This document shows positions 31,201 through 39,926 of a DNA stretch of 64,000 nt, in pieces. A program made the translations under genes and the position numbers. The stretch lies in assembly GCA_963667035.1 (NCBI GenBank), contig OY762964.1, positions 1,376,001 to 1,440,000 on the forward strand, in the 5' to 3' direction. Each line of letters begins with the position of its first letter. Within the stretch, counting starts at the first letter, position 1. The notes beneath the pieces were generated by a model. That model saw only the letters and a list, made by a program, of their open reading frames with translations. It was not told where the DNA came from and ran no database searches. Source of the stretch: Candidatus Cloacimonadales bacterium. Its GTDB lineage: Bacteria > Cloacimonadota > Cloacimonadia > Cloacimonadales > JAFGVF01.

Positions 31201-31506
31201 ATTCCCGGCTATAACCCAATTACAAGTGTAAGATTAGATTTCATTGATAATAGTAATCAAGCAATAAACACTGCTTTCATCTATGAACATGCTTACGAAG
31301 AAAGCCCTATTCTGTATCTATCTTTTCCACCTTCCTATACTAATTCCAATTTAAGACTATTTTTTAGAGATATAAACGGAAATGTAACCGAGTATACAAG
31401 GGTAAATGAGTTTAGTGAAGACATGTTCTACTTGGAGTTTATAGCTCACTCCAATTGTGCAATCGTAGTAGTTAATAGTCCGGGATCTTTCTTTATAACT
31501 AACTAG
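28300..31506 (+). CDS. large acidic lipoprotein with internal repeats of about 147 aa
   Basis: Probable TTG start after GGAG; lipobox LNAC; DDEYIE(V/I)G recurs at 29506 and 29947. Confidence 0.7.
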   Translation: MQTLKRFFLLFLALITLNACFRENNDYPVGVDPFSITESDIPGYYIGTEISETMNYYVPSQNSDAYLLLEQETITDSLLHRGDFLWFGEIESFTLRDSIYISAEYDQATPTFFLGVYRDSLLVNFSATFPTNSIRAFIPAEKDNSNIKLVTWGDEFLTDYAYNNQSGSSNLFTINLTPGQEFAFYSLNGSSSNYTISYSNSNMHILTKDFYGFMPSGLGMTGNVSINSSIDSNTLAAINGVYNNLLVSNTSISVNFNTVLNDNDYIVICYKQLPEHTPENMLLYEHDTFSQFDNSSNYWSIDSDNLQIFPNKTGDYILVENIPDVNEYKITLDGSFSTLCLGDFYCNLKTASLNNTYLTINLQASIDQWDTYYGSNSYGLMVPDNIYGFTFTDFDGTSVTLTDDEYIEVGFPSAKANRMLFYHKDDGQSLTIGYLTEDISYDERHYTEIDGYLYFGVNSSCNYFFSDYEPSITNKSIPLPYNKVYYNFGSFTLNIDTYSNPISSINISFNTPIPYVDTIFSGYPYKLNTTPFSFNVDFFSDEQEIQQLDDDEYIEIGIHNDYLPPSYSHLFTIDNSASEFRASYKTMGDEYDEEHFSIQNDYTYFGLASSSDYLFSEANTDLDTYFFELPTKAILLEADDFFISSESVTSANKLVVNTQVNTDFIHNYFDSNPFSIETPEFIYEFSFLLDNNPVSELREGESVVITKPASVPNGQSVVIDYAESASAVSIISNSEYTVDSRYTYENDNISMLVYRTGKKCYTSLNPLSSDFTIPLLKQHTEIISLDLSIVTDLTPSLLNSYPDGLIVNASIQSDLPEEAIDIFNQYDNLVVSSVYHFGLSDTNNTELNSLLETINPAIEINIESTPSFLCYFSPENRNRLYTYPLGEVIDGYNFTVSNNKALFLIHDPGYYVAIRENTPMLMNDYNITDVSSPINVSFYQTQFMLPAYFVPFYFEVGDRVVLRTESVIPGYNPITSVRLDFIDNSNQAINTAFIYEHAYEESPILYLSFPPSYTNSNLRLFFRDINGNVTEYTRVNEFSEDMFYLEFIAHSNCAIVVVNSPGSFFITN

Positions 31507-31690
31507 ATTAGTATTACTTTATATTTTATCTCCCCTATTCAGGTAAGAAACTAAAATTAGTGCTCAAGCAATGCTTCAAGTTATATAGATAAACATACAA
31601 TATACTCCAACACTTATTTATACATTTTATAAAGGTATATACCATAAATCCTCACTGTCTATCCTGGAAGGATAACCTAGCAATACCCAA

Positions 31691-31853
31691 TTATTATCAC
31701 GCTACTCCCATGACCAATAGACAGTTAATCTTCACATATTTCTAACTCAACACTTACTCAACACTTACTTGAGAAGTGAGAATTCAGTGAGTTATAAGTG
31801 AATTATAAATGTTAATGAAGTGATTATTGGTCATGAGTAAAGCATGAGAATAA
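31691..31853. repeat. dispersed palindromic element with 11-bp phased units, divergent copy 3
   Basis: CTACTCCCATGACCAATA...TATTGGTCATGAGTAAAG arms; ACTCA/ACTTG at 31745, 31756, 31767; inverted xxAGT/xxAAT units at 31773, 31784, 31795, 31806, 31817. Confidence 0.8.
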
Positions 31854-31875
31854 GGCAATAGCTTAAAAAATAATA

Positions 31876-31896
31876 AAGCCTGCTTCAAGCAGGCTT
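31876..31896 (-). terminator. terminator downstream of tRNA-Asn
   Basis: AAGCCTGC-TTCAA-GCAGGCTT hairpin with T-rich run on the minus strand. Confidence 0.75.
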
Positions 31897-31902
31897 AAAA
31901 AC

Positions 31903-31977
31903 TGGCTCCGGAAGAGGGATTTGAACCCCCGACAAATTGGTTAACAGCCAACTGCTCTACCGCTGAGCTATTCCGGA
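31903..31977 (-). tRNA. tRNA-Asn (GTT)
   Basis: Reverse complement TCCGGAATAGCTCAGCGGTAGAGCAGTTGGCTGTTAACCAATTTGTCGGGGGTTCAAATCCCTCTTCCGGAGCCA: cloverleaf, GTT anticodon, encoded CCA. Confidence 0.97.
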
Positions 31978-32218
31978 TCATCTGTCGATGTGTGAACATA
32001 CAAACCAAAGTTGGGCGGACGTGTCAATAGAATTCTTACACTTTTTATAAACTTTTTGCTTAGCTCAATCTTAACTGATTGATAATTGAAAAATTATCTC
32101 TTCAAATTATTTCTATTAATTCAGGAAAAAGAGAAATGTGAGAAGTGTCAAATATGGACTAAAGTCACTCAAAATCGGTTTTGAGCTGAAATTCTCTGAA
32201 TTTTTATATCTAAGAAAT

Positions 32219-33181
32219 CTATTCATTGATGTATTCCCATTCACTTTCTATCTCACCCACAGCATCCTCTCCTTCGAAAACTGTAACAACAACCTTATAT
32301 TCTTTCTTCTTGTATGTTCTGAGAGCACTTTTAAGAACTTTCATTTTACGCTCTTGTTTTAACTGATAGCGAATTGTTCTGAATTGGTCCAAGATTATAC
32401 CATCCGGTGTTTCTACAGTAATGAGGACAGTTAAATCTACAGCATCCTTTGACCCAAGATTAGTAAGTTCAAGGTCAATAGAGAGGTTAATACTAGGATT
32501 TCTTGAATTTTCATAGTAGTTACCCTCCCACTTTGCTTCAATCTCAACAAACGGCTCATTTTTTAATGGGACAGGTATTCCTATCTGATCTGAGTATTCT
32601 TCCGGAACTTCACCTAATCCCCAATTAATACCCGTAGTCTCCAAATAGTAGTAAGTCTTATCTTCAACTTCGTAGCTAGTGCCTTCATATCCTGATAAGT
32701 TAATAGCCATTGCCATGTGATCTTTCATTTTTACAAGTATACAATCATATCCCATCTCTGTTAGAATAGCACATGCTAAAATAGCAGTATCTTCACAATC
32801 TCCTCCCTTCTCATATAGAGTTTCAAAGGGAAAACGAGGGTACTCACCTACTCCTGTAGTAACTTCATCAGTTGTGTAAGGTAGTGATTGGATAAAAGCT
32901 ATAACAAGATTAAGCTCGTTCTCTTTTGAAAGAAAATTTTTTCTTGAAAGCCTATGCATGGAGTTAGCAAAACTTTGAATAAGCTTGTCATCGAAAGTAT
33001 CCGTAGCATAGAATGCATAATCTCTGTTTCTGGATCGACCTCTGTAAAAATCATACATATCTTCAGGGAAACTTGCTTCAAGGGTATATTTGTCTCCCTT
33101 GAACTCCCAATGAAAGAATTCGGTCTTAGCTTCTAATAATAAGCCTATAATTAAGAAAAGTAACAATAATATTCGTTTCAT
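32219..33181 (-). CDS. secreted protein with a transglutaminase-like cysteine domain
   Basis: Signal peptide; FIQSLPY, YPRFPFETL..GGDCEDTAIL, HMAMA, YYLETT. Confidence 0.72.
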   Translation of the reverse strand: MKRILLLLFLIIGLLLEAKTEFFHWEFKGDKYTLEASFPEDMYDFYRGRSRNRDYAFYATDTFDDKLIQSFANSMHRLSRKNFLSKENELNLVIAFIQSLPYTTDEVTTGVGEYPRFPFETLYEKGGDCEDTAILACAILTEMGYDCILVKMKDHMAMAINLSGYEGTSYEVEDKTYYYLETTGINWGLGEVPEEYSDQIGIPVPLKNEPFVEIEAKWEGNYYENSRNPSINLSIDLELTNLGSKDAVDLTVLITVETPDGIILDQFRTIRYQLKQERKMKVLKSALRTYKKKEYKVVVTVFEGEDAVGEIESEWEYINE

Positions 33182-33191
33182 AGTAATAGTA

Positions 33192-33215
33192 AAGGGCTGT
33201 ATAATTACAGCCCTT
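33192..33215 (-). terminator. hairpin downstream of pgk, possible terminator
   Basis: AAGGGCTGTA-TAAT-TACAGCCCTT; weak U tract. Confidence 0.5.
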
Positions 33216-33225
33216 GATATATAGT

Positions 33226-34524
33226 TTATTGTTTCTTCCGGTTCTCTATAAGGGCTTGAACCGGTTCCATTCCATAGGCTGAACCTTGTTCGATCGAATT
33301 CAAGACTGCACCACCTCCTGTATAGAAGTAATAGTCTGATCTTTCTACAGCTTTCAGATATGTTTCATAATTCAGAGCTTTAAACTCCTGAAGTGTGTCA
33401 CCACCACCAAAAGTCTTCATTGCATGATCATTCATTGCAACTAAATCATACATTCTTTGAGTACCATCAACAAAGTCAGGCATGAAACCCATAACAGCAT
33501 TTACAAAGAACATATTCGCTCTACTAAATACTTCTTTAACATGCCTAAGCTCCCAACTCTCCCATGAAATATCCAGAACATAATTTAACTTTGTACCCGG
33601 TTTCAAGTCATGCAAGAAATGGGTCCTATACTGACCCGGAATCTTACCATCCAATGTATCTGATTCAACAATATAAGGAAGTTCCACAATACGCTGAGGA
33701 AACTCCTTTGCTCGTTTAAGGAATTCTCTGGCAAATTTCATATCTGTTTCGGTAATGCCTTTTATCTCAATGTCATATTTTGCACAAAGATAGGCATTAT
33801 ATATCACACCACCGAGAATGAGGTAATCGACTAACTCGAGTAACTGATTCATCGGTTTTATCTTAGTATCAAACTTAGCACCCGCTACTATACCTACAAA
33901 AGGTCTTTTTGGTTGGAATAACTCTCTTAAATGGAAAATCTCTTTTTGCATTAGCATACCGGAATAGCTGGGAAGGTATTTAGTTATGAGTTCAGTCGAA
34001 GCATGAGGTTGCCATGAGCCAAAGGCATCATTAACATAAACATCGGCTAGCTTTGAAAGTGCTTCAGCAAGTATGGTAGTATCCTCATCATTGCTCTCTT
34101 CCCCTCTGAACCATCTTGTGTTAGGAAGATAAATTATGTCTATCTTACCTGATTTCAAATCGCTGACCATCTGATGACAAACTTCATCAACAACTTCTAT
34201 TCCGTTGTCATTTCTTTTATACCATTCCGGTATAACAACTCTAACATTCAACTTAGATTTCAAATACTCAACAATCGGTTCTATTGAATCGTCATTCGAA
34301 ACTGTAATAACACCGGTTTTCTTATTTCTCGGACGACCATTATGGGTCATTAAAATAAGCTTTCCGCCTCTGAGTACAATGTTAAAGAGTGTAGGAATCG
34401 TGGCATCAATACGTTCAGTATCTTTTATTATCCCTTTTTTTACGACATTATGGTCAACTCTGACCAATACTACTTTACCTTTTAGGTCGGCATCCTGCAC
34501 TTTGGGAAGTAGTGAGTAATCCAT
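33226..34524 (-). CDS. pgk: phosphoglycerate kinase, divergent type
   Basis: GKVVLVRVDHNV, THNGRP, NTR, YVNDAFG, AGAKFDTKI, GGGDT, TGGGA. Confidence 0.92.
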   Translation of the reverse strand: MDYSLLPKVQDADLKGKVVLVRVDHNVVKKGIIKDTERIDATIPTLFNIVLRGGKLILMTHNGRPRNKKTGVITVSNDDSIEPIVEYLKSKLNVRVVIPEWYKRNDNGIEVVDEVCHQMVSDLKSGKIDIIYLPNTRWFRGEESNDEDTTILAEALSKLADVYVNDAFGSWQPHASTELITKYLPSYSGMLMQKEIFHLRELFQPKRPFVGIVAGAKFDTKIKPMNQLLELVDYLILGGVIYNAYLCAKYDIEIKGITETDMKFAREFLKRAKEFPQRIVELPYIVESDTLDGKIPGQYRTHFLHDLKPGTKLNYVLDISWESWELRHVKEVFSRANMFFVNAVMGFMPDFVDGTQRMYDLVAMNDHAMKTFGGGDTLQEFKALNYETYLKAVERSDYYFYTGGGAVLNSIEQGSAYGMEPVQALIENRKKQ

Positions 34525-34545
34525 TAATCCTCCTGATTAAGCCCT

Positions 34546-35460
34546 TTATTTATTTTTTACATTAACTAATTCGGTAGCCACTCTACACCCTAATTTAACA
34601 TTGTTCTTGATTAGCTCTATATTTGTTTTGAGTGATTTACCACCTGTCATTTCAACAAGCTTTGATAACAAGAATGGAGTAATATCCTTTCCTGTAATTT
34701 TCTTATGGTCTGCTTCCTTGAGAGCATGACCTATTTTTTCTTCCATCACGTAATTCGGGATTTCATGTTCAACCGGAATCGGATTAGCTATAAGCATTCC
34801 GTTCCAAAGATTCAACTCCTCTTGAATCTTGTATAAACTGACAATGTCAGAACTGGATTCTATCCTGCGTATTTTGTATCTGCTTTTACTACTATAGAAA
34901 GCAGGAAAATAATCTGTCTTATATCCTAATACCGGAACGGATAATGTTTCTAACGATTCCAAAGTCTTACCTAAATCCAGAATAGCTTTTGCTCCGGCTG
35001 ATACAACAATCACAGGATATTTCGAAAATGCCATTATATCAGAAGAAATATCCATCGTCTTCTCAGCATTTCTATGAACCCCTCCAATGCCACCTGTAGC
35101 AAAAACTTTGATTCCGGCCTTCCAAGCTATGAACATAGTGGCTGCAACTGTTGTACCACCTGTTAACTTACCGTTTATAGCATATACTATATCTTTTTGA
35201 GATATCTTTTCCTGCTTATCGGAATGAGTAAGCAAATCGAAATCTTTATCTGTCATTCCAACTTTTATAACACCATTAAGAACACATATTGTAGCCGGAA
35301 TCACGTGATGGTGTCTAACTATAGCTTCGAGTTCTTTAGCTGTCTCAAGATTCTCCGGATATGGCATTCCATGTGTAATAACAGTCGATTCTAATGCTAA
35401 AATCGGGATATTGTTTTTTAATCCGTATTCAACTTCCGGAGACAAATCAAAGTGTATCAT
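34546..35460 (-). CDS. psuG: pseudouridine-5'-phosphate glycosidase
   Basis: ALESTVITHGMPYPEN, GTTVAATM, FATGGIGGVHR, GAKAILD, GKDITPFLL. Confidence 0.95.
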   Translation of the reverse strand: MIHFDLSPEVEYGLKNNIPILALESTVITHGMPYPENLETAKELEAIVRHHHVIPATICVLNGVIKVGMTDKDFDLLTHSDKQEKISQKDIVYAINGKLTGGTTVAATMFIAWKAGIKVFATGGIGGVHRNAEKTMDISSDIMAFSKYPVIVVSAGAKAILDLGKTLESLETLSVPVLGYKTDYFPAFYSSKSRYKIRRIESSSDIVSLYKIQEELNLWNGMLIANPIPVEHEIPNYVMEEKIGHALKEADHKKITGKDITPFLLSKLVEMTGGKSLKTNIELIKNNVKLGCRVATELVNVKNK

Positions 35461-35885
35461 TTCCCCTCCTTTACAATTGTAACAGCAGCTTCAATCACTC
35501 CATCATTTATACCTCCGAGTTTTCGCATAGCTGCATAAGATAAATCGATGTCTCTACCATCTACGTATGGACCTCTGTCATTTACTCTAACATTGATTGA
35601 ACGATTGTTTTTAAGATTGGTAACCTTAAGGATTGTATTGAAAGGTAAAGTTTTGTGGGCACATGAAATTTTGTACATATTGAAGACTTCGCCATTAGCA
35701 GTTCTTCTTCCATGAAATTTCTTACCGTAATAACTACATTTCCATGTATTAGTCTTTTTTTTTAGCTTCGGTTTACTAACTTTGTCAGATTTATATTCTT
35801 GATAAGGATGATATCCTGATTGTGGAACTTGATAGCATCCTGCAATCAACAAAAAAACAAAAGCAAATAAAAATAAACGTCTCAT
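35457..35885 (-). CDS. rlpA: RlpA family lytic transglycosylase lipoprotein
   Basis: Lipobox IAGC; SYYGKKFHGRRTANGE, AHKTLPF, VNDRGPY, IDLS. Confidence 0.92.
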   Translation of the reverse strand: MRRLFLFAFVFLLIAGCYQVPQSGYHPYQEYKSDKVSKPKLKKKTNTWKCSYYGKKFHGRRTANGEVFNMYKISCAHKTLPFNTILKVTNLKNNRSINVRVNDRGPYVDGRDIDLSYAAMRKLGGINDGVIEAAVTIVKEGK

Positions 35886-35898
35886 AACACCTCTAAAT

Positions 35899-37269
35899 CT
35901 AGAATTGATGCTTACCACATAACATCTCGGTTGATAAAGGATACTTATCCTTCAGTATATTGATAATATTATCGGATAGCTCTCTTATCTCCCACTGAGC
36001 ATGTTTATCACTTCTCAATCTGGCAAAATGATAGAATTCTCTCATGTTAAATGTCAAGAGAACTCTTAGTTTATTAGCATTCATTAAAATATAGTTACCA
36101 AGTAATGGATTTATTTTCTTCATTCGATTATACAAAGAATATGTTTTTGATTGTAATAGGTCAAGAGCTTTATAATCGATTAAATCTTTTAGAAGTTCCG
36201 GAATAACGAGTCCTAATTCCGGAGAATAATCTGTTCTCAGTATAGTACTCATTCGATGTCTTTTAAGCTGAGCAAAGCATGACGCAGAAATCACTATTTC
36301 AAAGCTTGCATGAGCTGTCTCAAAAGCACGAGGTACTGAGTGATAACTTTTCATATTTTCAAAAGCCTTTGTAAACCACTTTTCTTTCTCTTCTTTTGTC
36401 ATGCTCATCACATATTCATTTAAACTAGACCAGTCCATTCCCGAATGCTCATATAATAATGAAGCGAGGATTGTATTATCTCCATTTACATCATATTCAA
36501 GAAGTTTGATTTCATCTTGATTGATTTCTTTATCAATAGATACAGACAGAATCTGAGATTCATAAGTATCTGTATTAGTATACTTGATAATTGAAGGTGC
36601 TATGTGCTTAACTTGAGCAAGAATTTTCTCTCTTATCTGTTTGGCTTCTTCCAATCCTGTTTTATCTAATCTTCGTAATAGTCTCTCTAAGTTTCTTGCA
36701 TTAATCGTCATACCCATCTGAGTTTCTGTAGCTAATGCCAAGAAATATCTCGCATCTTCTTTAGCTCTCGACTGTAAATCTCTCTTGGCCCCATCAAAGC
36801 CATTGTTTTCTAAAATCTGTTTAGCTTTATAATACAAATCTTTGTAAAGATCCACTTGTAGATCAATAACTTCATGAAAGTCTTTTTCTATATCAGTACC
36901 AACAATCTCTTTAGGTGTATGATAGTCACCTTTAAGAGTTACATATCGTTGTGATTTCTCTGTGAATGAAGCTAATCTACTTTTCTGTATGAATTCGGTA
37001 ATGTATCTTGAAACACCAATAAGGTCAAAATTAAATACAGCATGCTCAGCAATAGAACTGTGTCCCATTTCAAATAAGATAGTTTCATTGGAAGCACGTG
37101 TTTTATCTATTTCCACTTGTGCTTCTTCTCTTAGGGCTGATACATCTTTTTTGCTTCTGCTGATTCTTGCGTATGCTGCGGAAATAACTTCCGGTGTTGC
37201 TAGGGTTTGATTGGGAATCTGTTTAATCAATTTTTCATCAACATTAAATCCAGCTAGAACTATTTTCAT
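35899..37269 (-). CDS. thyX: FAD-dependent thymidylate synthase with tandem Thy1 domains
   Basis: MGHSSIAEHA, SFTEKSQRY, KEDARY, QLKRHR, NMREFYHFARLR, HAQWEIR. Confidence 0.9.
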   Translation of the reverse strand: MKIVLAGFNVDEKLIKQIPNQTLATPEVISAAYARISRSKKDVSALREEAQVEIDKTRASNETILFEMGHSSIAEHAVFNFDLIGVSRYITEFIQKSRLASFTEKSQRYVTLKGDYHTPKEIVGTDIEKDFHEVIDLQVDLYKDLYYKAKQILENNGFDGAKRDLQSRAKEDARYFLALATETQMGMTINARNLERLLRRLDKTGLEEAKQIREKILAQVKHIAPSIIKYTNTDTYESQILSVSIDKEINQDEIKLLEYDVNGDNTILASLLYEHSGMDWSSLNEYVMSMTKEEKEKWFTKAFENMKSYHSVPRAFETAHASFEIVISASCFAQLKRHRMSTILRTDYSPELGLVIPELLKDLIDYKALDLLQSKTYSLYNRMKKINPLLGNYILMNANKLRVLLTFNMREFYHFARLRSDKHAQWEIRELSDNIINILKDKYPLSTEMLCGKHQF

Positions 37270-37280
37270 TATACTTAACT

Positions 37281-38063
37281 CTATCCTTTTATAATGCTTA
37301 TACTGCTACTGGCACCAATTCTGTTTGCACCTGCTTTCAGCATAGCAAGAGCTGTTTCTCTAGTTCTTACTCCTCCGGAAGCCTTTACTCCAAGCTTGGG
37401 ACCAACAACTTTCCTCATTAATTCAATGTCTTCGACTTTTGCTCCACCGATACTAAATCCGGTAGAAGTCTTTACAAAATGGGCATTAGCTTTCTTAGAT
37501 AAGAGACAGGCAATGACTTTTTCTTCGTCAGTTAGAAGACAAGTCTCAATTATAACTTTTAAAGTAATATTCTCTGCATTACAAACATCCGATACTGCTT
37601 TAATATCACTTAGAACCATGTCATATTTCTTAGATTTCAGCCAACCTACATTAATCACCATGTCTATTTCATTAGCTCCGTCTCTAATTGCTTTCCAGGC
37701 CTCTTGTGCCTTTATTTCAGACGATGATTGTCCTAAAGGAAAACCAACTACACAGCATAAATCTACTGTCGGTAGATGTTTTTTTGCTAAAGAGGCGTTA
37801 ACCGGATTTACGCATACTGAACGGAACTTAAATTCTTCAGCTTGAGTACAGATATCAATAATCTCATTATCTGAAGCATCTGCTTTCAGTATCGTATGAT
37901 CAATATATTGAGCCAAATTGTTTAAATCATCCGGCAATTGGTCAGGAATATCTTTATGATCAACATTAACATCCAATGAAAACCTGTGGGCTCCACCTGA
38001 GGGAGAAACAATTTCATTCTCGGGATTGAATAGCTCTTTTGCAATTTTTTCAATATCTATCAT
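37281..38063 (-). CDS. deoC: deoxyribose-phosphate aldolase
   Basis: IDHTILK, VVGFPLG, EIDMVIN, LKVIIET, FVKTSTGF, VKASGGVR, RIGAS. Confidence 0.96.
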   Translation of the reverse strand: MIDIEKIAKELFNPENEIVSPSGGAHRFSLDVNVDHKDIPDQLPDDLNNLAQYIDHTILKADASDNEIIDICTQAEEFKFRSVCVNPVNASLAKKHLPTVDLCCVVGFPLGQSSSEIKAQEAWKAIRDGANEIDMVINVGWLKSKKYDMVLSDIKAVSDVCNAENITLKVIIETCLLTDEEKVIACLLSKKANAHFVKTSTGFSIGGAKVEDIELMRKVVGPKLGVKASGGVRTRETALAMLKAGANRIGASSSISIIKG

Positions 38064-38071
38064 ATTAACTC

Positions 38072-39103
38072 CTAATAATTTGTTCTGGCTAATTGACCAC
38101 AAGCTGCCGCTATGTCATCTCCCCTACTATTACGTAGAGTTACAGCTTTATTTACTTTCATTATTGCATTTTTAAATCTTTCTACTTCTATTTGGGAAGG
38201 ACTATCATAAGGTAAAGCCTCAATTCTATTCCATGCAATCAGATTAATCTTACAAGAGAGATCACCAGCGAATTTAATCAAAGCCTTGATGTCCTCTCTA
38301 TCCATATTGTACTCTTTTATCAATACATATTCAAGAGTTACTCTGAAAGTTGATTTGGATAAATAATACTTTAATGCCTCTTTTAACTCTGTAAGATTGT
38401 ATTTTTTATTGATTGGCATAAGTATATTACGTTTACTATCGATAGCTGCGTTCAATGAGACAGCAAGCTTAGCTTTTATCCCGGAATCAGCCAACTCTTT
38501 AATTTTATCTACTATACCACAAGTGGAAACTGTTGTTCTTCTAGGGCTGAATCCCAAAGTATCGGTATCAGCAAGAATTGTTAAACTTTTAACTAAGTTC
38601 TGATAATTGTCCAGTGGTTCACCCATTCCCATGAAAACTATATTAGTTAGTTTGTTAGGCAAACTAAGCTTCTTAGCCAAAACAATCTGGCCGATTATCT
38701 CATCAACAGTTAAGTTTCTTCTTAAGCCCAGTTTTCCTGTAGCACAGAACAGACAATCTCTGGCACAGCCAACTTGAGATGAAAGACAAAGAGTAACTTT
38801 ATCCTCAGAAGGCATGAGAACCATTTCAATTTTACTTTTATCTGTTAATTGTAATAAATACTTAACTGAGCCGTCTTTTGATCTAGCCTCTTTTACAACT
38901 TTAGGGAGAGAAAAGCTAAATTTACTCTTTAATGATTCACGATAGTCTTTTGAAAGATTCGTCATGTTGTCAGGATTGTTCTCTAATTTGTTGTAAAGCC
39001 AATCAAGCAATTGCTTGACTCTGTACTTCTTAACGTCTCCAATAACTAATTGACTAAATAATTCTTCAGCTGTTAAGCTGAAGACATTAGTTTTCTCTGA
39101 CAT
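38072..39103 (-). CDS. rlmN: 23S rRNA m2A2503/tRNA methyltransferase (radical SAM)
   Basis: CLSSQVGCARDCLFCATG, NIVFMGMGEPL, AVSLNA, RGDDIAAACGQL. Confidence 0.95.
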   Translation of the reverse strand: MSEKTNVFSLTAEELFSQLVIGDVKKYRVKQLLDWLYNKLENNPDNMTNLSKDYRESLKSKFSFSLPKVVKEARSKDGSVKYLLQLTDKSKIEMVLMPSEDKVTLCLSSQVGCARDCLFCATGKLGLRRNLTVDEIIGQIVLAKKLSLPNKLTNIVFMGMGEPLDNYQNLVKSLTILADTDTLGFSPRRTTVSTCGIVDKIKELADSGIKAKLAVSLNAAIDSKRNILMPINKKYNLTELKEALKYYLSKSTFRVTLEYVLIKEYNMDREDIKALIKFAGDLSCKINLIAWNRIEALPYDSPSQIEVERFKNAIMKVNKAVTLRNSRGDDIAAACGQLARTNY

Positions 39104-39926
39104 AGTTACTTCGAATCTTTTTAAGCTTGTTAAAATCTTCTAGTGATACAGATTCTATCAACTCATCCTCATTTGCAAGAAAGATTGTTTTGTTGTAATA
39201 ATCGCATCTGAAGACATACATTTTGTCTTTGTTAAAAATCACACCTTGTCCAACTTCAGGGAAGTCTTTAGCCTGCTCCAAGTAAAAGTCTTCTTCAAAG
39301 TGTAAACAACATAGTAGTCTTCCACATGGACCTGATATCTTAGAGAGATTCCCTGACAAATTCTGATCTTTTGCCATCTTTATCGTTACTTGATTGAATC
39401 TTTTCATAAAAGTAGAACAACAATATGCTTTACCACACATACCGAATCCACCGATTCGCTTAGCTTCTTCCCTTCCGGTTGTCTGGTGTAACTCTATTCT
39501 TGTTTTAAATGAGTTTGCTAATTCTCTAACAAACATCCTGAAATCTATTCTACCGGGAGCTGTGAAAAAGAAAGTAAGTTTATTTCCATCAAACTGATAA
39601 ACGGTTCCAATCAATTTCATTTCGAAATCGTATCTGGGAAGTATTGATAAGAATGTTTCAGTGGCTTTCTCTTCTTTGCTTTCGATGTTTTGTAGTTTCT
39701 CTATGTCTTCGTCAGTTGCTAACCTAACTAACTTGGGCTCTGTTTGACTTTCATAGATTGCATCAATATCTTCTCCGGCTATTGATGTACTAATGACTTT
39801 GGCTATATCATGACCTCTATCAACAGTAACTATTACCCAATCATCGGGATTCAATTCCATGTCCTCGCTCAATATATAATATCCCAAGCGATTATTACGA
39901 TACTCAACTTCTATATAGTCTTGCAT
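39087..39926 (-). CDS. ricT: RicT/YaaT (PSP1 domain) protein
   Basis: FFTAPGRIDFR, RIELHQ, GGFGMCGKAYCC, MAKDQNLS, KISGPCGRLLCCL. Confidence 0.88.
   Translation of the reverse strand: MQDYIEVEYRNNRLGYYILSEDMELNPDDWVIVTVDRGHDIAKVISTSIAGEDIDAIYESQTEPKLVRLATDEDIEKLQNIESKEEKATETFLSILPRYDFEMKLIGTVYQFDGNKLTFFFTAPGRIDFRMFVRELANSFKTRIELHQTTGREEAKRIGGFGMCGKAYCCSTFMKRFNQVTIKMAKDQNLSGNLSKISGPCGRLLCCLHFEEDFYLEQAKDFPEVGQGVIFNKDKMYVFRCDYYNKTIFLANEDELIESVSLEDFNKLKKIRSNYVREN

Noticed and set aside
19290..31977. Genomic island integrated at tRNA-Asn
   Set aside because: No integrase, no duplicated tRNA 3' end seen near 19300, and no obvious composition shift by eye
32219..33181. Transglutaminase-like protein as leader peptidase for the RRE operon
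   Set aside because: It has a signal peptide, lies on the opposite strand beyond the tRNA, and does not resemble lasso B2 proteases
37294..37845. 183-aa antisense ORF and other short overlapping ORFs in the track
   Set aside because: They are shadows of well-supported genes on the other strand or frame, with no recognisable motifs
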